Positions 49,802 to 61,218 of a stretch of 64,000 bases of DNA are shown here, piece after piece. The first letter of the stretch is position 1; every line of letters begins with the position of its first letter. The stretch comes from Nitrosopumilus sp. (GTDB lineage: Archaea; Thermoproteota; Nitrososphaeria; Nitrososphaerales; Nitrosopumilaceae): NCBI GenBank assembly GCA_965224195.1, contig OZ245040.1, positions 256,001 to 320,000 of the forward strand, read 5' to 3'. The translations under genes and the position numbers were made by a program. The notes under the pieces are model-generated. The model was not told where the DNA came from, searched no databases, and saw nothing but the letters and a program-made list of their open reading frames with translations.

Positions 49802-50797
49802 TTGATCATAATAGATGAAGCAAGGATTTTCAAAGAAATAGACGATAAAAAACCAGCATCAGTTTCATTAAATGGCCCAGATGGTATGTTACCTCAAGTC
49901 CAAGATATGGCAATTAAAATTTCATCAAAGTATGGAATACCAGCGTATATTTTAGCAGATACTACATGGGGAACTTGTGATTTGAATACAACAGGTTCAA
50001 AAATACTAGGGGCAGAAATTCAATTTAACATTGGACATACAATTAATACAGAATCATTAGAAAAAAATTTAGTTTTAATTGATGCTTTTGATGATGTTGG
50101 ATTTGATAGCGTTGCAGAGCAATGTACAGATCTTTTAAAAGGAAAATTAATTTCACTTGTTACAGACAGTCAACATTTACATCAAATGGATAGAGTTGAA
50201 AAAATTTTAATAAAAAATGGAATTAAAGTGAAAATTGGAAAAGGTAAAGGACAGTTAAATGACGGTCAAGTATTTGGTTGTGAATTTTATCCTGCAACAG
50301 AACTAAAAAAAGAAGTTGATGCCTATGTATTTTTAGGACAAAGTAATTTTCATGCAGCAGGGATTGCATTATCTACAAATTTGCCAACATTTGTTTTGGA
50401 TCCTTATTTTAATGAAGTAAGAGAAGTAACAGAATTTGCACGTTCGCTAAAAAAGAAAGCATCTCTAGCAATATTCAAAGCTGCTGAAGCAAAATCATTT
50501 GGAATAATTATCGGATTAAAAGAGGGACAATTATCAAAAGTGTTTGGATTAAAATTTAAGAAAGAATTAGAAAAAGAAGGAAAATCAGTGCAGTTATTTG
50601 CACTTACAGATATTACAAATGAACGATTAAACAATCTTAGAGGAATTGATGCATTTATTCAAGTTGCCTGCCCAAGAATTTCTACAGATAATCAATTTGA
50701 CAAACCTGTATTGTCCACCCCACAGGCTAATGCACTTCTAAAAGTTTTACGAAAAGAAAGTATTGGTAAATATTTAGAAATTCCACATTGGTTATAA
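49802..50797 (+). CDS. dph2: Diphthamide biosynthesis enzyme Dph2
   Basis: WGTCD, GQVFGC, ACPRIS. Confidence 0.93.
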   Translation: MIIIDEARIFKEIDDKKPASVSLNGPDGMLPQVQDMAIKISSKYGIPAYILADTTWGTCDLNTTGSKILGAEIQFNIGHTINTESLEKNLVLIDAFDDVGFDSVAEQCTDLLKGKLISLVTDSQHLHQMDRVEKILIKNGIKVKIGKGKGQLNDGQVFGCEFYPATELKKEVDAYVFLGQSNFHAAGIALSTNLPTFVLDPYFNEVREVTEFARSLKKKASLAIFKAAEAKSFGIIIGLKEGQLSKVFGLKFKKELEKEGKSVQLFALTDITNERLNNLRGIDAFIQVACPRISTDNQFDKPVLSTPQANALLKVLRKESIGKYLEIPHWL

Positions 50798-51397
50798 TTA
50801 TAAAATTAAATTTTTAAATCTAGCATTATTGGATAATTTTTCAAATATTTTTGATTTTTTAGCTTTTATTTTATATTGTATTCCTTGAGAAATAGCACGT
50901 TCAAGCAAATCTAACGCTTCTTCATTTTTAGACAACATTACAAAACTACAAGATTTATCAAATAAAACATCTGCATTATCAGGATAGTTATCTAAAATTC
51001 GATTACAACATTCAATAGATTCATCATAATTTTCCATAGAAAATAAAATTCGCTCTTTATGATACAATGCTATATTATATTTTGAATTATTATCGAGTAT
51101 GATATTGCATATGTATAATGCATCTACAAATTTCTCTTGTTTACGAAATGAAGAAACTTTGTTAACTAATAGTGAAAGATCATCTGGAGAACTCTCTAAA
51201 GCAGCATCATAGCATTTTATTGCATTATCAAAATCTTTTAGTTTACTAAGAGCATATCCCTTATTGTTAAGAGAGCTTACATGTTGAGGGTTTTCATCTA
51301 GAATTTTATCATAATACGTAATGGCTTCACGCAATTTACCTGTTAAAAACAGTCTATTGGCTTCATCTAAAATTGAATTTATTTTTGGATCTTCCAT
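50798..51397 (-). CDS. TPR-repeat protein
   Basis: Repeated NNKGYAL..AIKCYD-type units. Confidence 0.85.
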   Translation of the reverse strand: MEDPKINSILDEANRLFLTGKLREAITYYDKILDENPQHVSSLNNKGYALSKLKDFDNAIKCYDAALESSPDDLSLLVNKVSSFRKQEKFVDALYICNIILDNNSKYNIALYHKERILFSMENYDESIECCNRILDNYPDNADVLFDKSCSFVMLSKNEEALDLLERAISQGIQYKIKAKKSKIFEKLSNNARFKNLIL

Positions 51398-51398
51398 A

Positions 51399-52478
51399 TC
51401 ATAGAGATCCAGGTTTGATTAAGATTTTTCCAAAAAGACCTTTACCTTTGAGCATTTTTGTATGAGCATCAGCAGCTTCTTCTAATGAATATACAGAATC
51501 AATAACAGACTTGATTTTGCCTTGTGACATCCAATACAGACCTTGTTCTAATTCGGTTCTAGTTCCTTGAGTGGAACCCAAAATATTGATGCCTTTAAAG
51601 AAAATATGACGTAAATCAGTCTTAGCATCATATCCTGTTGTGGCACCGGTTGTTACAATAGTTCCTCCGTAATTTAGTAAAGTAAGTTCTTTGTTCCAAT
51701 GAGAACCACCAATGTGTTCAAAAATAACATCAACCCCAGTTACATCTCCCAAAGGTTTGGGAATTTTTTTGGCAATTGATCTTACTTCTTTATGCCAATC
51801 TTCTTTTCTATGATCTACAGCATAATCAGCACCAAGTTCCAATAATTTATCTAATTTATCAGGACTGGCAGTAGCAATTACAGTACATCCAAAAAGTTTT
51901 GCAATTTGTATTCCATAATTTCCAACACCAGAACTACCTCCCATTATCAAGACAACTTGTCCTGGTTGAATTTTTGCTCTACCAATTAACATATGCCATG
52001 AAGTTAACAAAGTCATTGATGCAGCAGCTGCTTCATCATATGAAACACCTTCCGGGATTTTTATAACATTAATTTCTGGAAGATGTGTAAATTCACAATA
52101 ACCACCCCAAAGAGGACCGGTTTCAAAACCCCAAATAGTTCGTTTTCTACAATCAAATTCTCTCCCAGCAGTACACGCTTTACAAACTCTACATGACATA
52201 TTTCCATGTGATACAACCCTATCACCAACTTTGATAGTTTTAACATCGCTACCAATAGCTGTTACCTCACCGGCAGCATCAGTTCCAGAAATATGTGGTA
52301 ATGGAATTGCTAATGGTTTACCTCTCATTCCCCATATATCATCATAATTAAGAGCAGCTGTTTCTACTTTGATTATAACTTCATTAGATTTTGGTTCAGG
52401 TATAGGAATGTCTTTAATTCGTAAGATTTTAGAAAAATCATCATCATCAGTATATTGATCATATACTAGGGCTTTCAT
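51399..52478 (-). CDS. Zinc-binding MDR dehydrogenase/reductase
   Basis: PHISGTDAAG, CRVCKAC..C structural Zn site, GGSSGVG. Confidence 0.9.
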   Translation of the reverse strand: MKALVYDQYTDDDDFSKILRIKDIPIPEPKSNEVIIKVETAALNYDDIWGMRGKPLAIPLPHISGTDAAGEVTAIGSDVKTIKVGDRVVSHGNMSCRVCKACTAGREFDCRKRTIWGFETGPLWGGYCEFTHLPEINVIKIPEGVSYDEAAAASMTLLTSWHMLIGRAKIQPGQVVLIMGGSSGVGNYGIQIAKLFGCTVIATASPDKLDKLLELGADYAVDHRKEDWHKEVRSIAKKIPKPLGDVTGVDVIFEHIGGSHWNKELTLLNYGGTIVTTGATTGYDAKTDLRHIFFKGINILGSTQGTRTELEQGLYWMSQGKIKSVIDSVYSLEEAADAHTKMLKGKGLFGKILIKPGSL

Positions 52479-52565
52479 GATTTTTATCTAATTTTTGAAG
52501 ATATATGATTTATCCAGATCCATCAAATCACAAACAATTATAATCATAAATACAAAATTCTCTAT

Positions 52566-53117
52566 ATGTCTGAAAATGCAATATTTCCAGGTGACAAAAT
52601 AGCATCTATTGAAGAATATGAGGCAGGAAATAACGCTTTTGATGACGGTGACATGGTTAGAGCAGCAACAATTGGAGAAAAATGCATTGACAAGGAATCA
52701 CGAACTGTAAATGTAAAACATCCAAAACTTCTATCAATTCCAAAAGTAGGAGACATCATTATTGGGACAGTAGCTGCAGTTATGTCATCAATGATTGCAG
52801 TTTCAATTGATTACATTAATGGTAAACCTACAACATCAAAAGTAGAATGTATTTGTGGAACACGAAATTTAAGAATAAGAAATGTTGCGTTAGTAAATGA
52901 TATAGTTACGCTAAAAATCCTTAATCATCTTAATGGTACTATTCATGCATCTATTAGTGAACCCAATTTAGGGATTTTATTTACAAAATGTAGAAAATGT
53001 GGCGGTAAAGTTATTCCAATGCGTGATGCAATAAAATGTACAGATTGTGCATGGATTGATGAAAGAAAACTTTCTGCAAACTTTGGAAATAGTGACTTCG
53101 TAAATTTAAGAGATTAA
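52566..53117 (+). CDS. csl4: Exosome RNA-binding protein Csl4
   Basis: PGDKIASIEEY, PKVGDII S1 domain, CRKC..CTDC..RKLS. Confidence 0.92.
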   Translation: MSENAIFPGDKIASIEEYEAGNNAFDDGDMVRAATIGEKCIDKESRTVNVKHPKLLSIPKVGDIIIGTVAAVMSSMIAVSIDYINGKPTTSKVECICGTRNLRIRNVALVNDIVTLKILNHLNGTIHASISEPNLGILFTKCRKCGGKVIPMRDAIKCTDCAWIDERKLSANFGNSDFVNLRD

Positions 53118-53120
53118 AAA

Positions 53121-53936
53121 ATGATTTATGTTTCGTTCCAAGGCGAACGAGGTGCTTATAGTGAAGCAGCAGCAAAATCATTTTTCAATGAACAAATTGA
53201 AACAGTACCTCAAACTACATTTGCAGAAATATTAGATAATACTTCAAATGATAAAACACAATATTCAGTTTTACCAGTGGAGAATTCTTTGGAAGGAAGT
53301 GTTGGTGAAAGTTATGATTTATTGTATTCAACATCTCTAAATGCAACAGGTGAAATCTATCATAGAATAGAACACTGCTTAATTGGAACTGGTGAAATTA
53401 ACGAAATAGATACAGTGTATTCACACCCTCAAGCTTTAGGTCAATGTAGAAAATTTATCGAAGAACACAACATGAAAACAATTCCAGCGTATGATACTGC
53501 TGGAAGTGTAAAGATGATAAAAGAATTAAACAAAGATAATTGTGCATGTATTGCAAGTAAAGAGGCTGCAAAAATATACAACATGCCTATAATTTTAGAT
53601 AATATTGCAAATAATCTCAATAACTATACAAGATTTTTGATTCTATCAAAAGAGAATAATTCTGAAACGGAGAATGATAAAACATCAATAATTTTTTCAA
53701 TAAAACATGAACCTGGTTCTTTATTTAGAATAATAGAGAATTTTCATAAAAATAACGTTAATCTAACTAAGATAGAATCTAGACCAACTAAAGCAAATAC
53801 TTGGGAATATAATTTCTACGTAGATTTTGAAGGGCATCAAAGTAATTCTAAAATTTTAGAAATGCTAGATATAATAAAACAAGATACATTATTTATGAAA
53901 ATTTTAGGATCTTATCCTTCTGCAAAATTAAACTAG
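53121..53936 (+). CDS. pheA: Prephenate dehydratase
   Basis: QGERGAYSE, SHPQALGQC, NYTRF, LTKIESRP. Confidence 0.95.
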   Translation: MIYVSFQGERGAYSEAAAKSFFNEQIETVPQTTFAEILDNTSNDKTQYSVLPVENSLEGSVGESYDLLYSTSLNATGEIYHRIEHCLIGTGEINEIDTVYSHPQALGQCRKFIEEHNMKTIPAYDTAGSVKMIKELNKDNCACIASKEAAKIYNMPIILDNIANNLNNYTRFLILSKENNSETENDKTSIIFSIKHEPGSLFRIIENFHKNNVNLTKIESRPTKANTWEYNFYVDFEGHQSNSKILEMLDIIKQDTLFMKILGSYPSAKLN

Positions 53937-54400
53937 AAACCTTTAGGTTTTCTTAAAGTAAAACCCATACTAAATCCAATAATTACCACCCCAGAGGTTA
54001 TCACCATAAGATCAAAGGTAAACCAAATAGGATCAGAAGTTCTAATTAATTCTCCAGTTATAAATAATTCAGAATTGCCTGTATTTTGAATTAAGATTTT
54101 TGTTTCACCATCTATAAGATGAACCCATTCTAAGGACAATTCGTTTTTGTATGAAGTATTTGGAATTTGTAATCCATCTCCAGGACTTGCAAGCTTAAGA
54201 TCAAAAGCATCGCCAACAATATCCATTCTTTGAGATGCATGAGCAGTAGCAGGAATTGTATATGGTATTGTATCTCCAACTCCTAATTCATAGTCTTCAT
54301 GAATTGTAATTGGGCCAATATGAGTAAACAAAGAATATCCACCTATAGCAATTATTGCACTTCCAACTATAAGACCAATAATAGTTCTTTTAGAAAGCAT
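53933..54400 (-). CDS. Hypothetical protein with N- and C-terminal TM segments
   Basis: 155-aa ORF. Confidence 0.7.
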   Translation of the reverse strand: MLSKRTIIGLIVGSAIIAIGGYSLFTHIGPITIHEDYELGVGDTIPYTIPATAHASQRMDIVGDAFDLKLASPGDGLQIPNTSYKNELSLEWVHLIDGETKILIQNTGNSELFITGELIRTSDPIWFTFDLMVITSGVVIIGFSMGFTLRKPKGF

Positions 54401-54543
54401 GATGAAATTATTTTAGATACTGTTTAAAAAATTACCGGCTACATAGTAAGACTATTTCATGAATTAACTGAAAAAATTCAATATCTGAAAATATTGAAGA
54501 AAATATTAAAGTAATTATATTTTATTTTCATGATTCAAAAAAA

Positions 54544-55920
54544 CTATTGAGAATAGAAATGATTCCAACAATAAAATAATCCTCGTTTATAAATACTGCC
54601 TACACGATCATAAATTAAATGACATCCAAGATCAGCATTACTCCAATGTGCTTTTTTTGGTCCATTCAATAACCATTTTAACAATCTACCATCCAATGAA
54701 ATAGTCATATATTGTTCATAATTTGCTATGTCACTTTGAGATATTTTTTGAAATCCTTGACCATTACAACTTATAGCAATAATCAAATTATTATTATTCA
54801 TATCAACAATTTTTAAAATTATAACAGAATTTGAAACCCAATTAATCTTCTTTCGAATTTTTTCAAAATTTTCATATGATTTTGGAATTAAATCCAATAT
54901 TTCTGAAGCAGAAGGGATAGATTCATGTTCATAAGGAAATTTTTTCTTAGAAAGAATGTCATCAACATATTTTTGTTTTTTATTTTTATCAATGGAAACA
55001 TAATTTTTATTAATTTTTCCAGTATCAATATCAAACCAACAATTATTATTCATAATGATTCCTTTATTTTTATCAGATTGAATATTAGAACATAACCACT
55101 GAAATGCATCTTCCAATTCGGGTTCTCCACGGTATGAATTGAGAATTGAATTTTTACCACATAGTGTATAACGACCTGCAAATGGGATATAGTAACTTGG
55201 TTGTAATAATTCAATATATTTTTTTGATGTTTCAAGTTTAGCAAGTTGTTTTTTTATAGATTCTTGTTTTTTTATATCATCAGATAAATTGTAACAGTGG
55301 GGCCAAGACGAAGCTGCAACATAACCAACAAGTAAAACATCAATTTTACCATATACTAATTTAATTAGAGATGCAGTATTTTTTGCAATATCAAATGGAC
55401 AATCATTCGTGTTTACAATTACTTGTTTTTCATTATCAAATACAGCCATAGTATCAATTTGAGTCGTTTTGAATTTATCTTCGGCTAAACCACAACCCAT
55501 AATTTGACCACAGATAGTAGGATCACAATTATCTGCAGCCATTATGTTAACATAAAAGTGATTTTTTAACTGTAATCTTATTCCATGTTCCAATTCAATT
55601 GTTTTAAAACCAAAACTTTCAATTTTATTTTTAAGGAATTTTTCAGGGAAGTTATGTATCAATACAGGAATATTTTTATTTAGTTTAGAAAGAGTTTTTG
55701 CAGAACAGTGATCAGGATGAATGTGACTTACATAAATAAAATCAACATCATCAAAATTATTGGGATTGAAATCATATGGCGGATATATTGCCCAAGAACC
55801 TAGATATTCTTCACCATCAAGCCAAGGATCACATAAAATTTTAATTTTAGAATCTCCAATGCTATCTTCAATCGTAATAGATGCAGAATTAAGTTGAGTG
55901 ATTTTCATACAAATGTACAA
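54544..55920 (-). CDS. Metallo-beta-lactamase-fold protein (UlaG/CMP-Neu5Ac hydroxylase-like)
   Basis: LCDPWL..GSW, YVSHIHPDH, NTNDC, YIPFAG. Confidence 0.8.
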   Translation of the reverse strand: MYICMKITQLNSASITIEDSIGDSKIKILCDPWLDGEEYLGSWAIYPPYDFNPNNFDDVDFIYVSHIHPDHCSAKTLSKLNKNIPVLIHNFPEKFLKNKIESFGFKTIELEHGIRLQLKNHFYVNIMAADNCDPTICGQIMGCGLAEDKFKTTQIDTMAVFDNEKQVIVNTNDCPFDIAKNTASLIKLVYGKIDVLLVGYVAASSWPHCYNLSDDIKKQESIKKQLAKLETSKKYIELLQPSYYIPFAGRYTLCGKNSILNSYRGEPELEDAFQWLCSNIQSDKNKGIIMNNNCWFDIDTGKINKNYVSIDKNKKQKYVDDILSKKKFPYEHESIPSASEILDLIPKSYENFEKIRKKINWVSNSVIILKIVDMNNNNLIIAISCNGQGFQKISQSDIANYEQYMTISLDGRLLKWLLNGPKKAHWSNADLGCHLIYDRVGSIYKRGLFYCWNHFYSQ

Positions 55921-55978
55921 AAAACAGAGTATCTATTAAAATTCTTCATTGTATAATTAAATTTTAAACTCTAAACAT

Positions 55979-57409
55979 CTACATTAAAGAAACATCATGA
56001 GGTTGACTTTCGGCAAACCCTGCTCTTGACATTTTAATAAATTCAGCATTTTCTTGCATTTGTGGAATTGTGTGAGCACCACAATAACTCAAACCAGAAC
56101 GTACACCGCCTGTTATTTGTTTTAAAATATCAGTTACGGTTCCTTTGTATGGAACCATTGCTTCAACACCTTCTGCAACATAGTCATTAAGATCATCATC
56201 AAGAGACATTGAACCTGTTTCTTTAGATTTTCTTCCTATAGATGCAGCTAGTGATGCCATACCACGATAAACTTTGAATCGTTTTCCATTTTTAGTTAAA
56301 ACTGTACCAGGTGATTCATCAGTTCCACCAAGCATACTACCAACCATTACTGTTGAAGCGCCAGAAGCTAATGCTTTAGTTGCATCACCTGAAGTTCTAG
56401 TTCCACCATCAGAAATTATTGGAATTCCATAATCCTTACCAATTTTGGCACAATCCATTACTGCAGTTAGTTGTGGAACCCCAGAACCTGTAATTACTCT
56501 AGTAATACAAATTGAACCAGAACCTACACCTACCTTTACAGCATCTACACCTGCTTTAATCAAATCTTCAGCTCCTTGAGCGGTTGCAATGTTTCCTGCA
56601 ATTAATTCACAGTTTAGAAATGCTTTTTTGATGTTACGAACTGTACTGATTGCATTTTCACTATGTCCATGAGCAATATCTACAACAAGTACATCTGCAC
56701 CTGCTTCCAAAAGAGATTCACTTCTTTCTAAAAAGTCACCTTTAACTCCAACTGCGGCACCAACTAGTGGTCTACCTTTCTTATCTTTAGATGCATTTGG
56801 AAAATCAGCATTATTTATGATATCTTTACTTGTAATCAAACCTTTGATAAGACCAGAATCATCAACAATAGGTAATTTTTCAATTCTATGTTTGTGCAAA
56901 ATTTCTTTAGATTCATCTAATGTAACTCCAAGTTTTGCAGTTACAACATCTTTTGTCATCACATCTTGAATTTTACTAGTTTTATTTGCAAATAATAAAT
57001 CCCTTTCAGTCACTATTCCAATTAATTTTGAAGTAGAATCAACAACTAATAGACCTGAAATGTCTTTATCTTGTGCATAATCTAAAGCATCTTCAATGGA
57101 TTTATCTGCAGTAATTGAGTATGGGTTTTCAATCATTACACTGCCTGATCTTTTAACTTTGAGAACTTCGTTTGCTTGTTCCTTAATAGTCAAAAATCTA
57201 TGAATTATTCCAATTCCTCCAGCCCGAGCCATAGCACCAGCCATTGAGGATTCAGTTACAGTATCCATATTTGCACTCACAAAAGGAATGTTAATTGTAA
57301 TATTTTGTGATAATTTTGTAGACAGATCTGTCTGACTTCTACTTGTAATATCAGAATATTTGGGTACAAGAAGAACGTCGTCAAATGTTAATCCTTCTTT
57401 GAATTCCAA
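55979..57409 (-). CDS. guaB: IMP dehydrogenase with CBS pair
   Basis: [32 protein letters not shown]. Confidence 0.96.
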   Translation of the reverse strand: MEFKEGLTFDDVLLVPKYSDITSRSQTDLSTKLSQNITINIPFVSANMDTVTESSMAGAMARAGGIGIIHRFLTIKEQANEVLKVKRSGSVMIENPYSITADKSIEDALDYAQDKDISGLLVVDSTSKLIGIVTERDLLFANKTSKIQDVMTKDVVTAKLGVTLDESKEILHKHRIEKLPIVDDSGLIKGLITSKDIINNADFPNASKDKKGRPLVGAAVGVKGDFLERSESLLEAGADVLVVDIAHGHSENAISTVRNIKKAFLNCELIAGNIATAQGAEDLIKAGVDAVKVGVGSGSICITRVITGSGVPQLTAVMDCAKIGKDYGIPIISDGGTRTSGDATKALASGASTVMVGSMLGGTDESPGTVLTKNGKRFKVYRGMASLAASIGRKSKETGSMSLDDDLNDYVAEGVEAMVPYKGTVTDILKQITGGVRSGLSYCGAHTIPQMQENAEFIKMSRAGFAESQPHDVSLM

Positions 57410-57454
57410 TGAAACCTTGTTAAGAAAGTAAAATATTGATTATAAGCCTTTGTG

Positions 57455-58318
57455 TTATTTTGATAATTTAGAAGCGATCGTTACTGCATCTTTAGTTACC
57501 TCTACATTATGAGTACGAATAATATCAGCACCATTCATTACAGACACTACTTCTGCAGAAATCGAGCCAAATAATCGATCATTTGGATTTTCTTTTCCCA
57601 AAATTTTCCCTATGAATGATTTGTTTGAAACAGAGATCAGAATGGAATAATTTTTCTTAATAGAATTTAGATTTTTTAATATACATAGATCTCGTTCTAA
57701 CCAATCTGATTTAATTTTTGTAAAAAATGGTCCCTTTCCTGTTTTTCTAAAAAACCCAATAGCAGGATCTAATACAATTTTTTCAGAAGAAATGTATGAT
57801 TTTTTTGCAATCTTTATGCTATCTTGAAGTAATTTTTTAGTTGCCGTTATAGTATTACCAGAAATAGGTTTTGGACTATATGCACATAAAATTAAAGATG
57901 GATTGTATTCAGAAATAACCTCTTTCATATTTTTATCATATTTTAATCCAGAAATATCATTAATAATGTCAACACCATATTCTAAAGCATCTTTTGCAAC
58001 TTTTGCTCTACAAGTATCTACAGATATTGGAAGATTTGTAGAATTTTGAATTATATTAATTGCATTTTGAATTCTTTTTGATTCTATTTTTTCTGAAACT
58101 GATGTAGACAGATATGGTGCAGTAGACATTCCTCCAACATCAATAAAATCAGCACCTTGATCTTCCATTAGTTTAGCAGTATCTTTTATCAGAGATTTAC
58201 TAGTATTAACAGACTTTTTGTAAAATGATTCAGGACTAGTGTTCAGAATTCCCATTATTCGCACCGGATTCTTTCCACCTACATCTACATTCCCAATTTT
58301 TGTCACATGGTTTATCAA
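57455..58318 (-). CDS. folP: Dihydropteroate synthase
   Basis: MGILNTSPESF, ISVDT, INDISG, SNKSF, IIRTHNV. Confidence 0.92.
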   Translation of the reverse strand: MINHVTKIGNVDVGGKNPVRIMGILNTSPESFYKKSVNTSKSLIKDTAKLMEDQGADFIDVGGMSTAPYLSTSVSEKIESKRIQNAINIIQNSTNLPISVDTCRAKVAKDALEYGVDIINDISGLKYDKNMKEVISEYNPSLILCAYSPKPISGNTITATKKLLQDSIKIAKKSYISSEKIVLDPAIGFFRKTGKGPFFTKIKSDWLERDLCILKNLNSIKKNYSILISVSNKSFIGKILGKENPNDRLFGSISAEVVSVMNGADIIRTHNVEVTKDAVTIASKLSK

Positions 58319-58330
58319 ATCTAATACAAT

Positions 58331-59077
58331 TTGAGTGATATGATGATTTTAGGTTGGAAAAAGAGATACTATGAGATTTTAAAAGAGTTCAAGTATAGTC
58401 AAAAAAAGGACAAAGAATCATCCATTGTTTTAAATTCAATTTTAAAAAAAACTAATGTTAACAAAAAAATCATTGATTTAATCAAAGGGAAAACAGTTTT
58501 GATAATTGGTTCTGGACCATCTTTAGCATCAGCCATTCCAAAGTTAAAAAATTATAAAAAAATAGTCAAAATTGCTGCAGACAGTTCAATAAAACTACTA
58601 GTAACAAATGAGATCATACCAGACATCATTGTGACAGATTTAGATGGAGATCTAAAAATGCTTGAAAAAATTGGAAAAACTAACTCAATCTTTGTTGTAC
58701 ATGCACATGGGGATAACATTGAAAAATTAGATTTTGTAAAAAAATTTAAAAATTGTATTGGAACAACCCAATCTACACCTTTTGATAAAATAGAAAACTA
58801 CGGAGGTTTTACAGATGGAGATAGAGGAGTTTTTCTAGCAAATCATTTTCAAGCAAAAAAAATTATTTTGATGGGAATGGATTTTGGAGATCGAATTGGA
58901 AAATATTCAGAAACTAGAAGATCAGATAGAAAAATAAAATTGATGAAATTAAAAAGAGGTGAATCTCTTTTGAAATGGCTATCATCCTTTACAAAGGCAG
59001 AATTGTTTACCACGTCAAAGTCAATTGCAGGGTTTAAAAAAATATCATACAAAGAACTGGATATTATAATTACCTAG
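58331..59077 (+). CDS. mptE: 6-hydroxymethyl-7,8-dihydropterin pyrophosphokinase (MptE)
   Basis: GSGPSL, VTDLDG, HAHGDN, GGFTDGDR; divergent from folP. Confidence 0.9.
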   Translation: MSDMMILGWKKRYYEILKEFKYSQKKDKESSIVLNSILKKTNVNKKIIDLIKGKTVLIIGSGPSLASAIPKLKNYKKIVKIAADSSIKLLVTNEIIPDIIVTDLDGDLKMLEKIGKTNSIFVVHAHGDNIEKLDFVKKFKNCIGTTQSTPFDKIENYGGFTDGDRGVFLANHFQAKKIILMGMDFGDRIGKYSETRRSDRKIKLMKLKRGESLLKWLSSFTKAELFTTSKSIAGFKKISYKELDIIIT

Positions 59078-59112
59078 AATGCATTTAATACCCATTCCTC
59101 ATTAATCAAATT

Positions 59113-59682
59113 ATGAAATTCTCAGAGGAGCAAATAAAAGAAATTGTTGCTTTGAAAGAAAGTTTGATCGAACAAATTGACAAACATCAGGAAGGAATAG
59201 AGATGTTAGAAAAAAATATCACAGTTTTAGACTTGTTTCTAAAAGACTCTAGTTTTATCAAGGCATCTCAATTAGAAATAAAAAAAGAAGTTGAACCAAA
59301 ACCTAAGATTGTAGAAAAACCAATAGAAAATTCAATTCCAATTAAAAGAGTCAATGATGGCAAGATTATTGCCAACGCTTTTGTCACACCAGATCAGATC
59401 TCCATAGTTTTAGATAATGAAATTATAATTAATGCAGATACTCCACCGTTTAAATCATTCTTTTTAGATAGAATAATTGGTGAAATGAAAAAGAAAGATG
59501 TTGCTGAAGCAGAAAATGGAAAAATCCAAAAAGAATCAGTGATAGATTATATTGTAAATAAAAATGGGGCAGACATTAGAGAAATTATAATTAAAAATTA
59601 TAGACAAAAAGAAAGAGTTAATGAATTAATTAACACAGCAGGCTGGTCATTAACTAGAATGCTTGAGAACATAAACAAGTGA
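59113..59682 (+). CDS. Conserved archaeal hypothetical protein
   Basis: 189 aa; SSFIKAS, PPFKSFF, WSLTRM. Confidence 0.75.
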   Translation: MKFSEEQIKEIVALKESLIEQIDKHQEGIEMLEKNITVLDLFLKDSSFIKASQLEIKKEVEPKPKIVEKPIENSIPIKRVNDGKIIANAFVTPDQISIVLDNEIIINADTPPFKSFFLDRIIGEMKKKDVAEAENGKIQKESVIDYIVNKNGADIREIIIKNYRQKERVNELINTAGWSLTRMLENINK

Positions 59683-59686
59683 TAGT

Positions 59687-61210
59687 ATGGATAAAATTGT
59701 AGTTTTAGATTTTGGTTCTCAGTATAGCCATTTGATTTGTAGAAGAATTAGAGAATTTTCAGTTTATGCAGAACTTGTTCCATATGATATTAGTTATGAA
59801 GAATTACAAAAACTAAATCCTACAGGAATAATTTTTTCTGGTGGTCCATCAAGTGTGTATAGTTTAGATGCTCCAATGCCAGAAAATAAAATTTTTGATA
59901 TGAATTTGCCACTACTTGGAATTTGTTATGGACATCAATTGATTGTAAATAAATTTGGAGGAAAAGTAAAAAGAGCAAACAAAGAATACGGTTCATCATT
60001 ACTAACAATTGATAGTGATAAAGATCTTCTAAACGGAGTTGGGGAATCGGTAAGAGCATGGATGAGTCATGGTGATGAAGCAGAGCAAATTCCTGAAGGC
60101 TTCAAAGTAATTGGGCATACTGAAGGTGCAAAAGCAGCTGCAATTGCATTTGAAGAAAAATCAATTTATGGTATTCAATTTCATCCAGAAGTAGTACATA
60201 CTGAGCAAGGTACAGAGATTTTAAAAAATTTTGTTTTGAAGGTTTGTGATGCAAAACAAGACTGGACCATGGAGGGTTTTATCGATACAGCAGTTGAAAA
60301 AATTTCAAAAATTGAAGGAAATGTACTATGTGGGGTAAGTGGTGGAATAGACTCCACAGTAGTGGCACTGCTAATTCACAAAGCAATTGGAGATAAGCTA
60401 AAATGTGTTTTTGTAAATAATGGCTTGTTACGAGTAAATGAAGAAAAAGAAGTTGAGGAAATGTTTAAAGATAATTTCAAAGTAAATTTCACATCAGTAA
60501 ATGCAGCAGAAATATTTCTTGAAAAATTAAAGGGAACAGAAGATCCCGAGAAAAAAAGAAAAATTGTTGGAGAAGAATTTGTTAGAGTTTTTACAGAATT
60601 TGCTGAAGGGAATGGACCTTTCAAATGGTTAGCTCAAGGTACATTATATCCAGATGTAATTGAGAGTGGGGTATCAAAAGGACCGGCAGCAGTAATCAAA
60701 TCTCATCATAATGTAGGAGGTCTACCTGATTGGCTGAATTTAGAAATTTTAGAACCGTTAAGAGAATTGTATAAAGACGAAGTAAGAAAAATTGCTAAAA
60801 TTCTTGAAGTTCCTGAAAAACTTTTCATGAGACATCCATTCCCAGGTCCCGGACTATCAGTTAGAATAATCGGAGAAGTAACTCCAACAAAGCTTGAGAT
60901 TTGTAAAGTTGCAAGTAAGATTGTAGAAGAAGAGTTGATGGATGCAGGATTGTATGAAAAAGTATGGCAAGCATATGCAGCAGTTGGCGATGATAGAGCA
61001 GTGGGAGTTGTTGGTGATGAACGCAGATATGGAAATATAGTCATGATCAGAGTTGTAGATTCAGTTGATGCAATGACTGCAGATTGGACAAGATTACCAC
61101 ATGGATTATTAGAAAAGATGAGTAATAGAATAACTAACGAAATTGAAGATGTAACTTGGGTCACCTATACCATTTCAAGTAAACCACCAGCAACCATTGA
61201 ACCTCAATAG
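59687..61210 (+). CDS. guaA: GMP synthase (glutamine-hydrolysing)
   Basis: DFGSQY, GICYG, QFHPEV, SGGIDS, KSHHN, KPPATIE. Confidence 0.97.
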   Translation: MDKIVVLDFGSQYSHLICRRIREFSVYAELVPYDISYEELQKLNPTGIIFSGGPSSVYSLDAPMPENKIFDMNLPLLGICYGHQLIVNKFGGKVKRANKEYGSSLLTIDSDKDLLNGVGESVRAWMSHGDEAEQIPEGFKVIGHTEGAKAAAIAFEEKSIYGIQFHPEVVHTEQGTEILKNFVLKVCDAKQDWTMEGFIDTAVEKISKIEGNVLCGVSGGIDSTVVALLIHKAIGDKLKCVFVNNGLLRVNEEKEVEEMFKDNFKVNFTSVNAAEIFLEKLKGTEDPEKKRKIVGEEFVRVFTEFAEGNGPFKWLAQGTLYPDVIESGVSKGPAAVIKSHHNVGGLPDWLNLEILEPLRELYKDEVRKIAKILEVPEKLFMRHPFPGPGLSVRIIGEVTPTKLEICKVASKIVEEELMDAGLYEKVWQAYAAVGDDRAVGVVGDERRYGNIVMIRVVDSVDAMTADWTRLPHGLLEKMSNRITNEIEDVTWVTYTISSKPPATIEPQ

Positions 61211-61218
61211 TGATTGTA

